Assembly (NCBI GenBank): GCA_963728915.1
Contig: CAVSLV010000001.1
Coordinates: 1,536,001 to 1,600,000, forward strand
Direction: 5' to 3'
DNA: 64,000 nucleotides
From: an uncultured Gemmatimonadales bacterium
Lineage (GTDB): Bacteria; Gemmatimonadota; Gemmatimonadetes; Gemmatimonadales; GWC2-71-9
The stretch's first letter is position 1. Every line of letters starts with the position of its first letter. Positions 1-10,400 of this stretch are shown in pieces. The position numbers were made by a program, and so were the translations under genes. The notes below the pieces were generated by a model. It did not search any database. It saw nothing but the letters and a program-made list of their open reading frames with translations, and was not told where the DNA came from.

Positions 1-413
1 GTGGGCGCCCCCGAAGAAGCCCGGGAATTCCCCCAGATCAGGAAGGTGTACTTCTTCCCCGCCTCGAGCGTGACGTTGTCGAGGTCCGCAATCACCGTCG
101 ACGCCGTGGCCTGCTGCACCGCGGGCGGATCCGTGGTGACCGGCGACTTGAAGATCGTGAAGTGCCGGGGACGATCGGCCCGAGCCGCCTTGTAGAGGAA
201 CAAGGTTGTGCTCCGGAACGTCACGTTGTAGAACGTGCTGTTCTCCACGATGTCAACCGGGCGAAAATCGAATCCACTCGTGTCGGGAACCATGTTGAGG
301 AACCGGACGCCGGCCGTCGGGATGTCTTCGGTCTGGACGACTTCCGCCGGCTTGCAGGCGAACCCGGCGGCTGCCGCGAGGCAGAACAGGGACATTTGGT
401 GAAGGCGTCGCAT
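1..413 (-). CDS. DUF4397-like lipoprotein, 5' part (runs off the left edge)
   Basis: Not in the ORF track; translated by hand from ATG 413 (GGAG upstream): MRRLHQMSLFCLAAAAGFAC-KPAEVV...AGVRFLNMVPD...LEAGKKYTFLIWG. Lipobox plus VRFxNxxPD and LEAGKxYT motifs typical of DUF4397. Confidence 0.65.
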   Translation of the reverse strand, partial: MRRLHQMSLFCLAAAAGFACKPAEVVQTEDIPTAGVRFLNMVPDTSGFDFRPVDIVENSTFYNVTFRSTTLFLYKAARADRPRHFTIFKSPVTTDPPAVQQATASTVIADLDNVTLEAGKKYTFLIWGNSRASSGAP

Positions 414-447
414 TACGGACTCCATGGAGGTTGAGGTGCCGGGTCGG

Positions 448-927
448 CTAGGGCCGACCGATTCGCGTGTCCGTGCCACAATTCGGGGGGCAGTCGCCCC
501 CGTCGGTGGTGCCGCTTCCCTGGACCAGCAGGCTGGTGGTGAAGATGATGGCCCCCAGCCCGCCCGCTGCAAGAGCACTCATGGCGATGGTCCTGCCCGC
601 CGAAAACCTGCGCTCGTTCATGCTGTAGAAATAGTCCGGCCGGATCCGAACCTGTTCTCCCGACCAGACCTGCTCGCCACCCGTCCGAAGCTTCACACTG
701 CGGACGGCAACGAGAAAACCCGTGCTGTCCTTCTCGATCAGCTTCCCTTCGACCTGGGAAAGGTCCGGGCCCATGGTCCCGCTGAGACTAGACCTTCCCT
801 CGTCGTTGATATCGAATCCGAGCACTGTTCCTGGCGCCGGCTCCGGGCCCCTGAGGGGCTGCAGGGTGTAGCAGCCCGTCAGGAGCAGCTGCAGGAGCGC
901 AGCCTGTGCCCGTACAACTCGTCGCAC
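448..927 (-). CDS. Hypothetical lipoprotein with C-terminal membrane segment
   Basis: GTG start 7 nt after the SusD stop; LLLTGC lipobox; C-terminal hydrophobic helix and CPPNC. Confidence 0.65.
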   Translation of the reverse strand: MRRVVRAQAALLQLLLTGCYTLQPLRGPEPAPGTVLGFDINDEGRSSLSGTMGPDLSQVEGKLIEKDSTGFLVAVRSVKLRTGGEQVWSGEQVRIRPDYFYSMNERRFSAGRTIAMSALAAGGLGAIIFTTSLLVQGSGTTDGGDCPPNCGTDTRIGRP

Positions 928-934
928 CGATCGA

Positions 935-2794
935 TCACCAGCCGTAGATACTCTGAGCCGCGCGGTGATAAGGAACCGGACCGCCGGTGCTGTAGATCTG
1001 GAGCCCGACGCGGAACCGGGTCTGGAGATCCTCGTACGGAGGAGCCCAGTCAACCGGTGCCCTTTCCGCCAGGACACCCCAGCGGCGATTATCGAAGAAC
1101 CAGGCCGCAAAATGTCCGTAGGCCGTCTCCATCCACTTCTCCCACTTGAGCGCATCCCAGAGGGTGCCGCAGGTGATCGTCCCGCCACCTGTATCGAGCG
1201 CGTTCACCGCCCGCTTCGGCACGCAGTTGGTGTCCCCACCCGGTATCGCCGTGGTGTTGTCCGCCGCGGTCAGCGCGGGCAGACCACCGCCCGGCTCGCC
1301 GGTAAGTCCGTTACCGGTCGGACGAGGCGTGCAGCCCGACGGGGTGCTGCCCGGTCCGCAGGCGGTCCGGGTCCGGTTCACCAGCGGCAGCACCGCCGCA
1401 TAGTTCCCCAGCCGGAATTCCGCCTCGGCCTGGAGCAGATCGTTCTCCGCCTTGAGGAAGAAGGGGAACGGTCCGTTCTGACCGGTCCCGCTTCCTGAGG
1501 TCTTCCACGAGTAATACCGCACGTGGTCGTACTGCGAAGCGCCCCAGTTGCCGCTCACCTGGTCGGCCACGTCCCGGTTCCGGAAGAACCGGCGGCAGAC
1601 CTGGCTCGCGCCGCTGCAACCCGGATCGTTGGCGTTCCCGGCGAGCTGGAAGTCCGCCCGCTGCGCGGTCCGGTCAGCTCCCTGAGGCCAGCGCTGGTCG
1701 GGGGTCTGCATGAAGAAGACACCGGCGCCACGGGTCCCGATCGGGGTCGCTACCCAGCTGGCATAAGCCCCCGTCACGTCGCCCATGCCCACGATGAACG
1801 GAGTCATCTGGTGCCAGGTCGTGTACGCGTACCACTGGTTGACCCAGCTGTCTCCCGGCCCCGTGACGGTGCTGGTCGTGATCCGGAGATCGCTGGTGAT
1901 GCCGTTCGCGGCGTCGTCCCGAACCTTGGTCCAGTCGACGTCGCCCGCCATCATCTCTTCGGCACACAGGTTCTGCGAGCCACCCTGGGCGCAGGCCGCC
2001 GCATCAGGATACCGCGGCATGCTGGCGCGGACCCGGGCTCGGTAGCTCCGGACGATCTTGATGAACTCGGTCGCCGACACGCTCGAAGGCTGCGACGTGA
2101 ACATCCAGTTGCTGGGCAGCGGGAAGTTCGCGCCGCCGGTCGCGGTCTGCGCGGCCGTCGCGGCGGTCACCGCGTTGTCGAGCGCTGCAAGGGCTTCGGC
2201 GCCCACCGCGGTGTATTTGGCCAGGTCGCCCGGCTCCGCGGTTCCTTGCGGAGAGATCGGATCGTCCGGCGTAATCACCGAGGCGGAATCGTAGATCATG
2301 GCGATATATCCGAGCGAGACGCCCCGGATGAATTCGGCGAAGGCCCGGTTCCTGGCATCCTGTGCCGGCGACCCGAAACTCAGGCCCTCGTTCATCCGGT
2401 GCAGCACGTCGGAGGCCCCGCGCGCAGTCTCCGACATGATGAAGTACACCGCGTTCTGGTCGCCTGCGCAGCTATTGCCGACCGCATTGTTGTTCGGCGC
2501 CGCGTCGGATGCGCCGCCCGAGCCGATGGGATAGCGCTGATTCTGGCACTCGTTCGCCAGGGTAGAGTAGTTCTCGAAGGAAATGATGTTGGCCATCCCC
2601 CAAACGTTCGCAATCCTCCCGTACAACGCCCCGTGCCAGCGGCGGTACAGCGTACCGAGGAAGTTGTCCAGGTCGGCAGGCGTGTTCTTCACCTGGACCT
2701 GGGACGGATTGTTCGGGTTCGTGACCTCAAGCTGGCACGCTCCCAGGCCGATAGCCGTGAAGAGCGCGCCGCAGCGGATCAGAGTTCTCATCAT
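935..2794 (-). CDS. RagB/SusD-like nutrient-binding outer-membrane lipoprotein (copy 1)
   Basis: LGAC lipobox then LEVTNPN; C-terminal ENDLLQAEA...VNRTR...EKWME...FFDNRRWG SusD-type motifs; directly downstream of SusC. Confidence 0.85.
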   Translation of the reverse strand: MMRTLIRCGALFTAIGLGACQLEVTNPNNPSQVQVKNTPADLDNFLGTLYRRWHGALYGRIANVWGMANIISFENYSTLANECQNQRYPIGSGGASDAAPNNNAVGNSCAGDQNAVYFIMSETARGASDVLHRMNEGLSFGSPAQDARNRAFAEFIRGVSLGYIAMIYDSASVITPDDPISPQGTAEPGDLAKYTAVGAEALAALDNAVTAATAAQTATGGANFPLPSNWMFTSQPSSVSATEFIKIVRSYRARVRASMPRYPDAAACAQGGSQNLCAEEMMAGDVDWTKVRDDAANGITSDLRITTSTVTGPGDSWVNQWYAYTTWHQMTPFIVGMGDVTGAYASWVATPIGTRGAGVFFMQTPDQRWPQGADRTAQRADFQLAGNANDPGCSGASQVCRRFFRNRDVADQVSGNWGASQYDHVRYYSWKTSGSGTGQNGPFPFFLKAENDLLQAEAEFRLGNYAAVLPLVNRTRTACGPGSTPSGCTPRPTGNGLTGEPGGGLPALTAADNTTAIPGGDTNCVPKRAVNALDTGGGTITCGTLWDALKWEKWMETAYGHFAAWFFDNRRWGVLAERAPVDWAPPYEDLQTRFRVGLQIYSTGGPVPYHRAAQSIYGW

Positions 2795-2806
2795 CGTCGA
2801 CGGCTC

Positions 2807-5800
2807 CTAGAAGCGCGTGGAAACGGTGAAGGTGAGGGTGCGCAGCGTCGGGAAGCTGAACGCGTCGGTCTGGTTGACGATCCCGGAGTTGACCGGACCA
2901 GTTGCCCCGCCGCAGCCCCCGCCATCGAGGCCGCCGCAGCCGGCTTCCGGATCAATCCCGGTGTAGCCAGTGATGGTGAGCAGGTTTCGTCCGACCAGGC
3001 CGAAGGTCCAGTCACCCACGCCACCGATCTGGCCGACCCGGTAGGTCACGCTCAGCTCGCGCAGCTTGGCGAAGGAAGCCTTTTCGACGTTGAAGTTGTT
3101 GGGACCGAGCTGGTCGTAGAACCCGCCCACCCCGGCGCCTTCCGAGCCGCCTGCCCGCCAGGTGTAGCCGATCGGCTTGGCGGTTTCGACCGTGGCATCC
3201 GCCTGATCGAAGCCTTCATAGCTCAGATCCAGGAGGCCCCAGGCCTTGGACTGGTTGTTCAGGTAGTGCCCCATCGTGGCTTCCACCAATCCGTACACGG
3301 TGAAGCGCCGGAACGAGAAGTCGTTGCTGATGGTGAAGCGGAAGTCAGGCAGGGTGTTCCCGATGATCTGGTTAATCCCGATGCCCTCACCCGACATGCC
3401 GGCCAGGGGCCGATCGACGATCGGCATCCCCCACCACAGCGTGTAGTTCCACGGCGAATCCTGGGCGCGGAGCCGGGTGGTCCAGAGGTTCTTGGTGATG
3501 CCGTCGCGCCAGGAATTGCCCGCGCCGACCCACACCACGTACCCCTGATCGTTGACCTGGAAGTCCTTGCCCTCGCCGCAGCGATCCCGGATCGACACGT
3601 TGAGATCGTTGCAGCTCTTGTAGAAGTAGCGGCCGTAGATGTTGCCGAACTGGTTGAGCGGCCGGCCGGTGCAGTTGGGCCGGGCTTCACCCGCGCCATA
3701 CCCCGGCTCGCCCGGATAGTGCCCCTCCTCACCGGGGAGGCAGGAATTCCGCTTGTCGGCGGTCATGTAGAAGAAGCTGCCGGTGCCCTGGGCGGCGCCG
3801 CCGGCATACAGGAAGTCAGGCACGAACAGCTCGTCGATGTACGTCCGGGTCCGGTCGAAGGTGCCCCGGGCCTGCCAGTAGAAGTTCTTGTTGTTGATCA
3901 GCGGGAGCGTCGCGGCCAGCTCCCAGGTCTTGTTGAGCATGGTACCGGCGTTCTGCCACTGCTGGCTGTAGCCGACCGACGCCGGAACGTTCACCGGAAG
4001 GATCTGGTCCTTGGTGCGCCCCTGCGCGTAGGTGACTTCCATCCCCAGCTTCCTGAACAGGGTGAAGTCGCTGCCGAACTCGTATTCGGTCGTGGTTTCG
4101 GGCCGGAGCGCCGCGTTGCCTGCCTGGCCGGTCGAAATCCCGGTGACGCCGACGTTGTACACTTCGTACTGCGCATCGAATCTCGGCGTCGAGCCGGCGG
4201 TTCCCCGCGAGGCCCGGAGTCGGAACTCATCCATGAACGGCACCTTCCAGAACGACTCGTTCGACACGATCCAGACGCCCGCGATCCGGTTGAAGTCCGC
4301 CCACCGGTGCCCGGGCCCGAACAGCGAGCTGCCGTCGTACCGGATTGAGGCATCGAGCACGTAGCGATCCTTGTAGTCCAGGTTCACCGCAGCCGACACG
4401 CTGGCATTCTTGATCGTCGTGAGGTCGGAGCTGTTGGAGAAGTTGGTCGAAGTGTTGTTGAGCCGGAAGATGTCCTTCACCAGGAAGACCTGGCCGCTCC
4501 CGCCGACGTTCTTGGCGATTTCCTGGTCATAGCTCCCCGCCACCCGCATCTTGGCGTTGAGGTCCGAGCCCAGCTTCTTGCGGAACGTGGCGGACAGCCC
4601 GCCGTTCAGCGCTTCATCGAGATTGTCGTTGATCGACAGGTTGCCGTTGTTGTTCGCCGTCGAGATCGTGAAGGTTCGAAATCCCTTCGCGGTCGCGGAG
4701 AAATCCTCCCGGGACCGGTTGTCGTATCCGAAGACGCCTTCGAAGGTCACCCAGCTGGCCGGGAAGTACTTGGCCGAGAGACTGCCCAGGAACCGGTTTG
4801 CGGTCCGGTTGTCGATCGTGTTCTCGGTATTGTAGAGCACCGCCGCTGCCCCGTTACCGGTCGGCCGCCAGCCGCTCGAGCCCCGTCCCACCATGAGCCG
4901 GCCCAGGGTATCGCGCGCCAGCATGTCGAAGCCCGGCATGGCGCCCCGCTCCAGCGTGCCAAAGATGCCCGCCGTCCGGTTGTCGCGATAGAAGTTGTCG
5001 AACATGGTGCTGGCCGAAATCCGGAGATCCGAGCGCGCGTTCCAGTCGAGGTTGAGCCGGGCACGCCGCTGGTTCGAGCCATCCAGGCCCTTGACGACGC
5101 CGGGATCGGTGGTGTATTCGCCACTGACGTAGAACCCGACCGACCCCACCTTCCCGGTCGCATCCACCGAGCTCAGAACCGTCGGCCTGTAGTCCGAGAT
5201 CTGCGACATGTGGTTGTAGTACTGGTTGGGGTACTCGTTGGCCTGGAACACATTGTAGAGGGCCGGGTCGCCGGTCGCGAAGGTGTTGTACCAGATCGGC
5301 TGCGCGACCCGGGTCGTGTCCGAGTTCACGTTGTTGATCCGGTACATCTCGGTCATGAGGTCGACCGAGCGGGCGCAGGACTGGTTGCCCGAGGCGACGA
5401 TCACGCAAAAGCGCTTGCCGGTCTCGTCGAGCTGGTTCGGCGTGTTGATCGGAGCCTTCCAGTACGACGCGAACGCCTGGGCGCCGATTTCGGTCCGGGC
5501 GTTGAACTTGACGCCGTCGGTAGTGCCGCCCCGCTTGGTGGTGATGGTGATGACGCCGTTGGCGGCCTGGGTGCCGTAGAGCGAGGCGCCCGCCGCACCC
5601 TTCACGACCTCGACCGATTCGATGTCGAGCCCGCCGAGCTCCTGGATGCTGCCGACGTGCATGATCACGCCGTCAACGATGATCAGCGGCTCCTGACTCC
5701 GGCCGCTCGCGTTGATCGACGTGGGGCCACGCATCATGATCTCCGGCGCGGTACCCGGGCGCCCGGTCGTCTGGGCGATACGGAGACCCGCCACCTTCCC

Positions 5801-6280
5801 CTGAAGCGCCCGCACCGGGTCGAGCTGCGGGACCGGGAGGTCTTCCGCCGTCAGACGGCCGACCGAGAAGGGGACCTTGGCGCGCTCGACCCCTTCGAGC
5901 GTCCCCGTCACGATGACTTCCTCGAGCCGGTTGATGTCGGTCGCCAGCGCGAAGTCGATCGTGACCTCGCCAGCGGACAGCGTCACCTGGCGGCTCATCG
6001 ACTTGAAGCCGATGCCCCGCGCGGTGACCGTCACCGGCGTGCTCGTGATTCGCGCGGCGGGAACCGTCAGGGAGTACACCCCGCGGTCCGACGTGAGCAC
6101 CGAAAGATTGAGTTCGGGAATCAGAACGTTGACCCCGGCGATCGGCTCTTTCCGATCGACCGATGTCACGGTGCCGCGAACCACCGCGTTCTGCGCCAAG
6201 GCTGGGGCAACAAAAAGCGCGCTCAGGGCGAGCGCGCGAATGCCCGAGTTGGCCATGCGACGGAAGGTGAAGCCCATCAT
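2807..6280 (-). CDS. SusC/RagA-family TonB-dependent outer-membrane transporter (copy 1)
   Basis: Signal peptide, carboxypeptidase-regulatory-like domain, plug motif DIESVEVVKGAAGASLYG..AANGVITITTKRG, LRPETTTEYEFG, C-terminal Phe. Start taken at ATG 6280 (GAGGA 8 nt upstream). Confidence 0.93.
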   Translation of the reverse strand: MMGFTFRRMANSGIRALALSALFVAPALAQNAVVRGTVTSVDRKEPIAGVNVLIPELNLSVLTSDRGVYSLTVPAARITSTPVTVTARGIGFKSMSRQVTLSAGEVTIDFALATDINRLEEVIVTGTLEGVERAKVPFSVGRLTAEDLPVPQLDPVRALQGKVAGLRIAQTTGRPGTAPEIMMRGPTSINASGRSQEPLIIVDGVIMHVGSIQELGGLDIESVEVVKGAAGASLYGTQAANGVITITTKRGGTTDGVKFNARTEIGAQAFASYWKAPINTPNQLDETGKRFCVIVASGNQSCARSVDLMTEMYRINNVNSDTTRVAQPIWYNTFATGDPALYNVFQANEYPNQYYNHMSQISDYRPTVLSSVDATGKVGSVGFYVSGEYTTDPGVVKGLDGSNQRRARLNLDWNARSDLRISASTMFDNFYRDNRTAGIFGTLERGAMPGFDMLARDTLGRLMVGRGSSGWRPTGNGAAAVLYNTENTIDNRTANRFLGSLSAKYFPASWVTFEGVFGYDNRSREDFSATAKGFRTFTISTANNNGNLSINDNLDEALNGGLSATFRKKLGSDLNAKMRVAGSYDQEIAKNVGGSGQVFLVKDIFRLNNTSTNFSNSSDLTTIKNASVSAAVNLDYKDRYVLDASIRYDGSSLFGPGHRWADFNRIAGVWIVSNESFWKVPFMDEFRLRASRGTAGSTPRFDAQYEVYNVGVTGISTGQAGNAALRPETTTEYEFGSDFTLFRKLGMEVTYAQGRTKDQILPVNVPASVGYSQQWQNAGTMLNKTWELAATLPLINNKNFYWQARGTFDRTRTYIDELFVPDFLYAGGAAQGTGSFFYMTADKRNSCLPGEEGHYPGEPGYGAGEARPNCTGRPLNQFGNIYGRYFYKSCNDLNVSIRDRCGEGKDFQVNDQGYVVWVGAGNSWRDGITKNLWTTRLRAQDSPWNYTLWWGMPIVDRPLAGMSGEGIGINQIIGNTLPDFRFTISNDFSFRRFTVYGLVEATMGHYLNNQSKAWGLLDLSYEGFDQADATVETAKPIGYTWRAGGSEGAGVGGFYDQLGPNNFNVEKASFAKLRELSVTYRVGQIGGVGDWTFGLVGRNLLTITGYTGIDPEAGCGGLDGGGCGGATGPVNSGIVNQTDAFSFPTLRTLTFTVSTRF

Positions 6281-6338
6281 GCTCGGCATCCTCGCTGAGG
6301 GGTTCATACCTGACTGCATTTTCTGGAAACGGACAGAC

Positions 6339-6360
6339 CGGCACCCGAACGAGGGTGCCG
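6339..6360. other. Stem-loop upstream of SusC copy 1
   Basis: CGGCACCC-gaacga-GGGTGCCG, a perfect 8-bp stem with no U-tract. Confidence 0.45.
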
Positions 6361-6635
6361 CCCTACGCTAATGGGCCGGAAGACCCGGAATGACCTGATG
6401 ATTCCTACAGCTGGCAACAGTATCTCCAAATCGTTGAGTGCGCAAGCACTTACTGGTCGCCCGCTCGTCCGGGCGCGATAAGCCTGGTAACGCCCATGTC
6501 ACGAAACGTGCCCCGGATACCTTCCAACAAACCATTGTGGTGTAAAGAGTTAACGAAGGTTGCGAAACTTTGAAGGAACATTCCGACACGAACGGCATTA
6601 TGAGGTCGTGTCGGTTGGACACAAGGAAACCCAGC

Positions 6636-9600
6636 CTAACCCCCTTCTCGCACCCGCACCGTTCCAGGCCCAACTACCCGCACCTCGCTGGTCGTTCCCC
6701 GCCTCCACCGCACCACGATCGATTGGGGAGTCGCCCGAAGCCCGAGCACTGGAATCCCATTGCTGGACCAGTACCCCGAACCGGCCTGGATCTCGCGAAC
6801 CGGGCCCTCGCCATCGGCATAACGAACCCGAACCGTTGCACCAATTCCGTCGGGATTACCCAGGCCGCCGCTCAGAACCACCCGAATCCCCGGCTCCCCG
6901 CCACGATTCCGATACAGACGCGTCTCTCCGGCATTCTGGGAAACCGCCAGGTCGACTCGTCCATCCTGATCGAAGTCCGCGGCGGCAGCCCCCCGCTGAT
7001 CTCCAGCGATCTCGATTCCCGAGTACTGGCCTGGCATCGGAGCAAAACCACCCTTCCCATCTCCGAGCAGCAGCAGCCCGCGTCCGGCATCGTATCGCGG
7101 CGTCGCCAGCTCGGTTTGCGAGAAATTCTGCGCCAGAAAGACGTCTTCCCTGCCGTCGCCGTCGAAATCCGCGACCACCGCCCCGAACGCCGGGGCGAAT
7201 TGAGCTTCATCCGGCAATGCATGGGGCTCGAACCGGTCTCCCCGGTTGAGGAGAAGCAGATGATTCGTCGTGTTGATCTCCACCCGCCGGGCCCCGGTCG
7301 CACCGGGTCCAAGCAGCTGCTCCAGCGTCGCGGTCGCGAAGGCGTGGAAGGTCGGAACCCGGCGGCGCACTTCGGGAATCGCCCTGGCGATCCGGGCAAA
7401 AGAGGTGACCGGCGCCATCGCGCCGAGCTCCGAGTCCCGCGCCGCCTCGATGACCGACACCCCCGATCCTCCGCCCAGTGGCCCCATATATAGGAAAAGA
7501 GGGGACGCCGATGAGGCCGCATACGTGAGATTGCGGCCCCAGTTGGTGGCGACGAGGTCGAGCCGCCCGTCACCGTCGAAATCTCCGGAGGCGACGCCGT
7601 TCCAGCTCCCCAGCAGATGGTTGAGCCCGAGCTCCTGGGTCACTTCCCTGAGCCGGCCCCGCTCGTTTCGGTACACCCGGATCGGTCCACCATCGATCGC
7701 GAGCACCAGCTCGGGCCATCCGTCCCCGGTCAGATCGGTGAACAGTGCCGCCGAGACGGGGCCGACGGCACGGAAGAGGCTGGCATCCTGGGGATCTTCC
7801 TGCCAGCGGCCGCCTCCGGCGTTGCGATAGAGGTGGGAGCTGGCCGGGAGCGGCCATTGTCCCGGGATGACCCGGCCCGCCACGAAAAGATCCAGCCTGC
7901 CAGTTCCGCTCACGTCGGCGAGGGCCATGGCTCCAACGCTCGCGCTGTCGGGGATTGTGACTCCTTCCCCGTGCACGGGGGGAATGCCACGGGCGGAGAG
8001 ATCGAGCCGGGCGACCGCGGTCATCCGAACCGCCTCCTCGAGCGAGGACGCGCGATAGGAGGATCGCCCCACCATGAGACTCCGTCCGGTTCCGCCGGGC
8101 GGGGGCACGCCGAGGGCCATGGTGAAATCGAGTGGTCCGGCCGGAAACCCCAGGGGGACTCGCTCGAATCCACGATCGCCATTGCGGTACCAGGCCAGCT
8201 CTCCCCCCGCGCCGTCCGGGATGACCAGGTCCTCGCGGCCGTCTCCGTCTACGTCGATCCAGCTCACCCCGGGCCCAAGCTGACTCAGGGCCCTGGGGAG
8301 GAGCGGTTGCCGAGCGTAGTCGTCGAATGGGAGCTCGGCGTGGCGGAGCCGGAGCCGGTCGGAGACGTCCTCGAAAAGCGTCGGGAGGCTGGGAGGCATG
8401 GAGGAGCGGGAGCTCGCCGCTTCCTGGCCTCCTGGCTTCCCTGCTTCCTGCAGCTCGTACAACCGCCCCGGCGCCGCGTCCCGCACCCGGGTCACCGCAC
8501 CACTGCGCCAGCGCACTTCGATAGTGACCCGCCGGGCGGTCCCGGTGGCGAAGCCGATCTCCTGATCCGACCCGGAGAGGTAGAGGCCACCCGCGGTGAC
8601 CTCGCGGGCCTGGTCGGGCACCGCCCCTCCAAGGATCCGGATCCGGGCGCCCACGGCCCGCGTGTTAGGAGGCGCGCCGGCCAGGCGGACCGCGATCCGG
8701 GGCGCGGGAGCATCGTTCCGAAGCAGCAGCGCCGGGGCGTCGAGCCGGTTCACCACCACGTCCAGATCGCCGTCCCCGTCCAGGTCGGCCGCCGCCATCC
8801 CGTGGGACACGTCCTCCTCCAGGCCGAAACGCCAGCGGGCGCTGACGTCCTCGAAGGTGCGGTCGCCCCGGTTCCGGAACGCCACGTTCTTCTGGGCCAG
8901 CGATGGATAGCTCCGGCGGAGCTGGCGCCACCCGGGCCCACTCACCCCGCTTCGATCCCGCTCCTGCGTGTCGGCGTCCATCAGGTCCCAGGTATGACCG
9001 TTGCCGATGAGCAGGTCTTCGTATCCGTCGAGGTCCACGTCGAGAAACAGGGCCGACCACGACCACCCCGACGCCGCGACCCCGGCAAAGTCGGCGATTT
9101 CGGCGAAGGTGCCGTCGCCCCGGTTGAGCAGCAGGGCATTGCGCTGCCACTGGGCGGTGTGGGCGTAGTCCCCCACGACTTTCTGGTACATCGTGTGGGT
9201 CGGGAGCTCGGTCTTGCGGCGGGCATCGCTGGCCAGCATATCCGCTTGGAAGAGGTCCACGGTGCCGTCCCGGTCGATGTCGGCCATGTCCACCGCCATG
9301 TCGGAATTGGCGATCCGCCGGACCGCGGTCGGCGCGATGAGCCGGAAATGCCCCTGGCCGTCGTTGATCCAGAACTGGTCGGGGTCTTCGAAATCGTTGG
9401 CCACGTAGAGGTCGGGGGCGCCGTCCCCGTTCACGTCATAGAAGCGGGCCGCGAGCCCGAAGTCCTCCGGTTCGGTGACCAGGGGACGGCCGGCGGCATC
9501 GAGGAATCGCGGGTTATGGGCGAGCCGTTCCCGGACGAAGTGGCCCCGCCCATCGCCCCGGTAGAACCAGTCGGGATCGGCGCGTTGCCTCAGGCTCACC

Positions 9601-10340
9601 CGCCCCAGCTCGGGGCGGTCCACCAGCACATAGTTGCCCCGGAACTCGGGCCGCACCTCGTAGTGGTCGCCGACCCGGCGGGCGAGCCGGTCGAAGGATC
9701 GCAGCTCGGGCGGCAGCGAGTCGAGCATGGTGCGGATCTTGTAGTTCGCGATGTAGAGGTCGAGCGCGCCGTCGCCGTCGATGTCGGCCAGGGTCGCGGT
9801 GGTGCTGCCCCGGGGTTCCTCCAGCAGTCCCGCCGGGGCGGTGGCGTCGTGAAAATGGCCGGTCCCGTCGTTCAGGAACAGCGTGTTAGGCGCGCCCAGC
9901 GCGAGCACCAGGAGATCGAGCGCGCCGTCACCGTTCACGTCGGCGAACACCGCCCCGGTCGAGGCCCGATCGGGGAGCGCCACCCCGGCCTCCGCCGCCG
10001 CTTCCCGGAACCGCCAGTGCCCCTGGTTGAGGTAGAGCGCGTTGGGCCCCTCGATCCGGCACAGGTAGAGGTCGGGCAACCCGTCGCCGTTCACGTCTCC
10101 CAGCGCCACGCCCGATCCCTGCATCAGGTGGCGATTGCGGAGCGCGGCGGAATCGGAAACCTGGTTGGCGAACCGGACCCCGGTGGCGGAGGAATCCAGC
10201 CGGGTGAAGCCCGGCGAGCCGCTTCCCGCGCGGGCGAGCTCCCGCCAGCGGTAGCCTTCCTCGCGGTGCCATTCCATGGAGGGAGGAGTCGCCCGGCAGG
10301 CCGTCACGGCGAAGGCCAGACACCAGAGGAACCGTTTCAT
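6636..10340 (-). CDS. FG-GAP/VCBS repeat and ASPIC/UnbV domain lipoprotein (CRTAC1-like), paralog A
   Basis: Likely start MKRFLWCLAFAVTAC at 10340; many DxDGDGxxD repeats; SGWSWS motif; two ASPIC/UnbV-like segments (GGLYLSGS, AGSGYWS). Confidence 0.88.
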   Translation of the reverse strand: MKRFLWCLAFAVTACRATPPSMEWHREEGYRWRELARAGSGSPGFTRLDSSATGVRFANQVSDSAALRNRHLMQGSGVALGDVNGDGLPDLYLCRIEGPNALYLNQGHWRFREAAAEAGVALPDRASTGAVFADVNGDGALDLLVLALGAPNTLFLNDGTGHFHDATAPAGLLEEPRGSTTATLADIDGDGALDLYIANYKIRTMLDSLPPELRSFDRLARRVGDHYEVRPEFRGNYVLVDRPELGRVSLRQRADPDWFYRGDGRGHFVRERLAHNPRFLDAAGRPLVTEPEDFGLAARFYDVNGDGAPDLYVANDFEDPDQFWINDGQGHFRLIAPTAVRRIANSDMAVDMADIDRDGTVDLFQADMLASDARRKTELPTHTMYQKVVGDYAHTAQWQRNALLLNRGDGTFAEIADFAGVAASGWSWSALFLDVDLDGYEDLLIGNGHTWDLMDADTQERDRSGVSGPGWRQLRRSYPSLAQKNVAFRNRGDRTFEDVSARWRFGLEEDVSHGMAAADLDGDGDLDVVVNRLDAPALLLRNDAPAPRIAVRLAGAPPNTRAVGARIRILGGAVPDQAREVTAGGLYLSGSDQEIGFATGTARRVTIEVRWRSGAVTRVRDAAPGRLYELQEAGKPGGQEAASSRSSMPPSLPTLFEDVSDRLRLRHAELPFDDYARQPLLPRALSQLGPGVSWIDVDGDGREDLVIPDGAGGELAWYRNGDRGFERVPLGFPAGPLDFTMALGVPPPGGTGRSLMVGRSSYRASSLEEAVRMTAVARLDLSARGIPPVHGEGVTIPDSASVGAMALADVSGTGRLDLFVAGRVIPGQWPLPASSHLYRNAGGGRWQEDPQDASLFRAVGPVSAALFTDLTGDGWPELVLAIDGGPIRVYRNERGRLREVTQELGLNHLLGSWNGVASGDFDGDGRLDLVATNWGRNLTYAASSASPLFLYMGPLGGGSGVSVIEAARDSELGAMAPVTSFARIARAIPEVRRRVPTFHAFATATLEQLLGPGATGARRVEINTTNHLLLLNRGDRFEPHALPDEAQFAPAFGAVVADFDGDGREDVFLAQNFSQTELATPRYDAGRGLLLLGDGKGGFAPMPGQYSGIEIAGDQRGAAAADFDQDGRVDLAVSQNAGETRLYRNRGGEPGIRVVLSGGLGNPDGIGATVRVRYADGEGPVREIQAGSGYWSSNGIPVLGLRATPQSIVVRWRRGTTSEVRVVGPGTVRVREGG

Positions 10341-10400
10341 GCCGGAGGAAAGGTAGCGGCGAGCGGTCCGGCGCCCGCCATCGATAGATTGCAGGAACCG

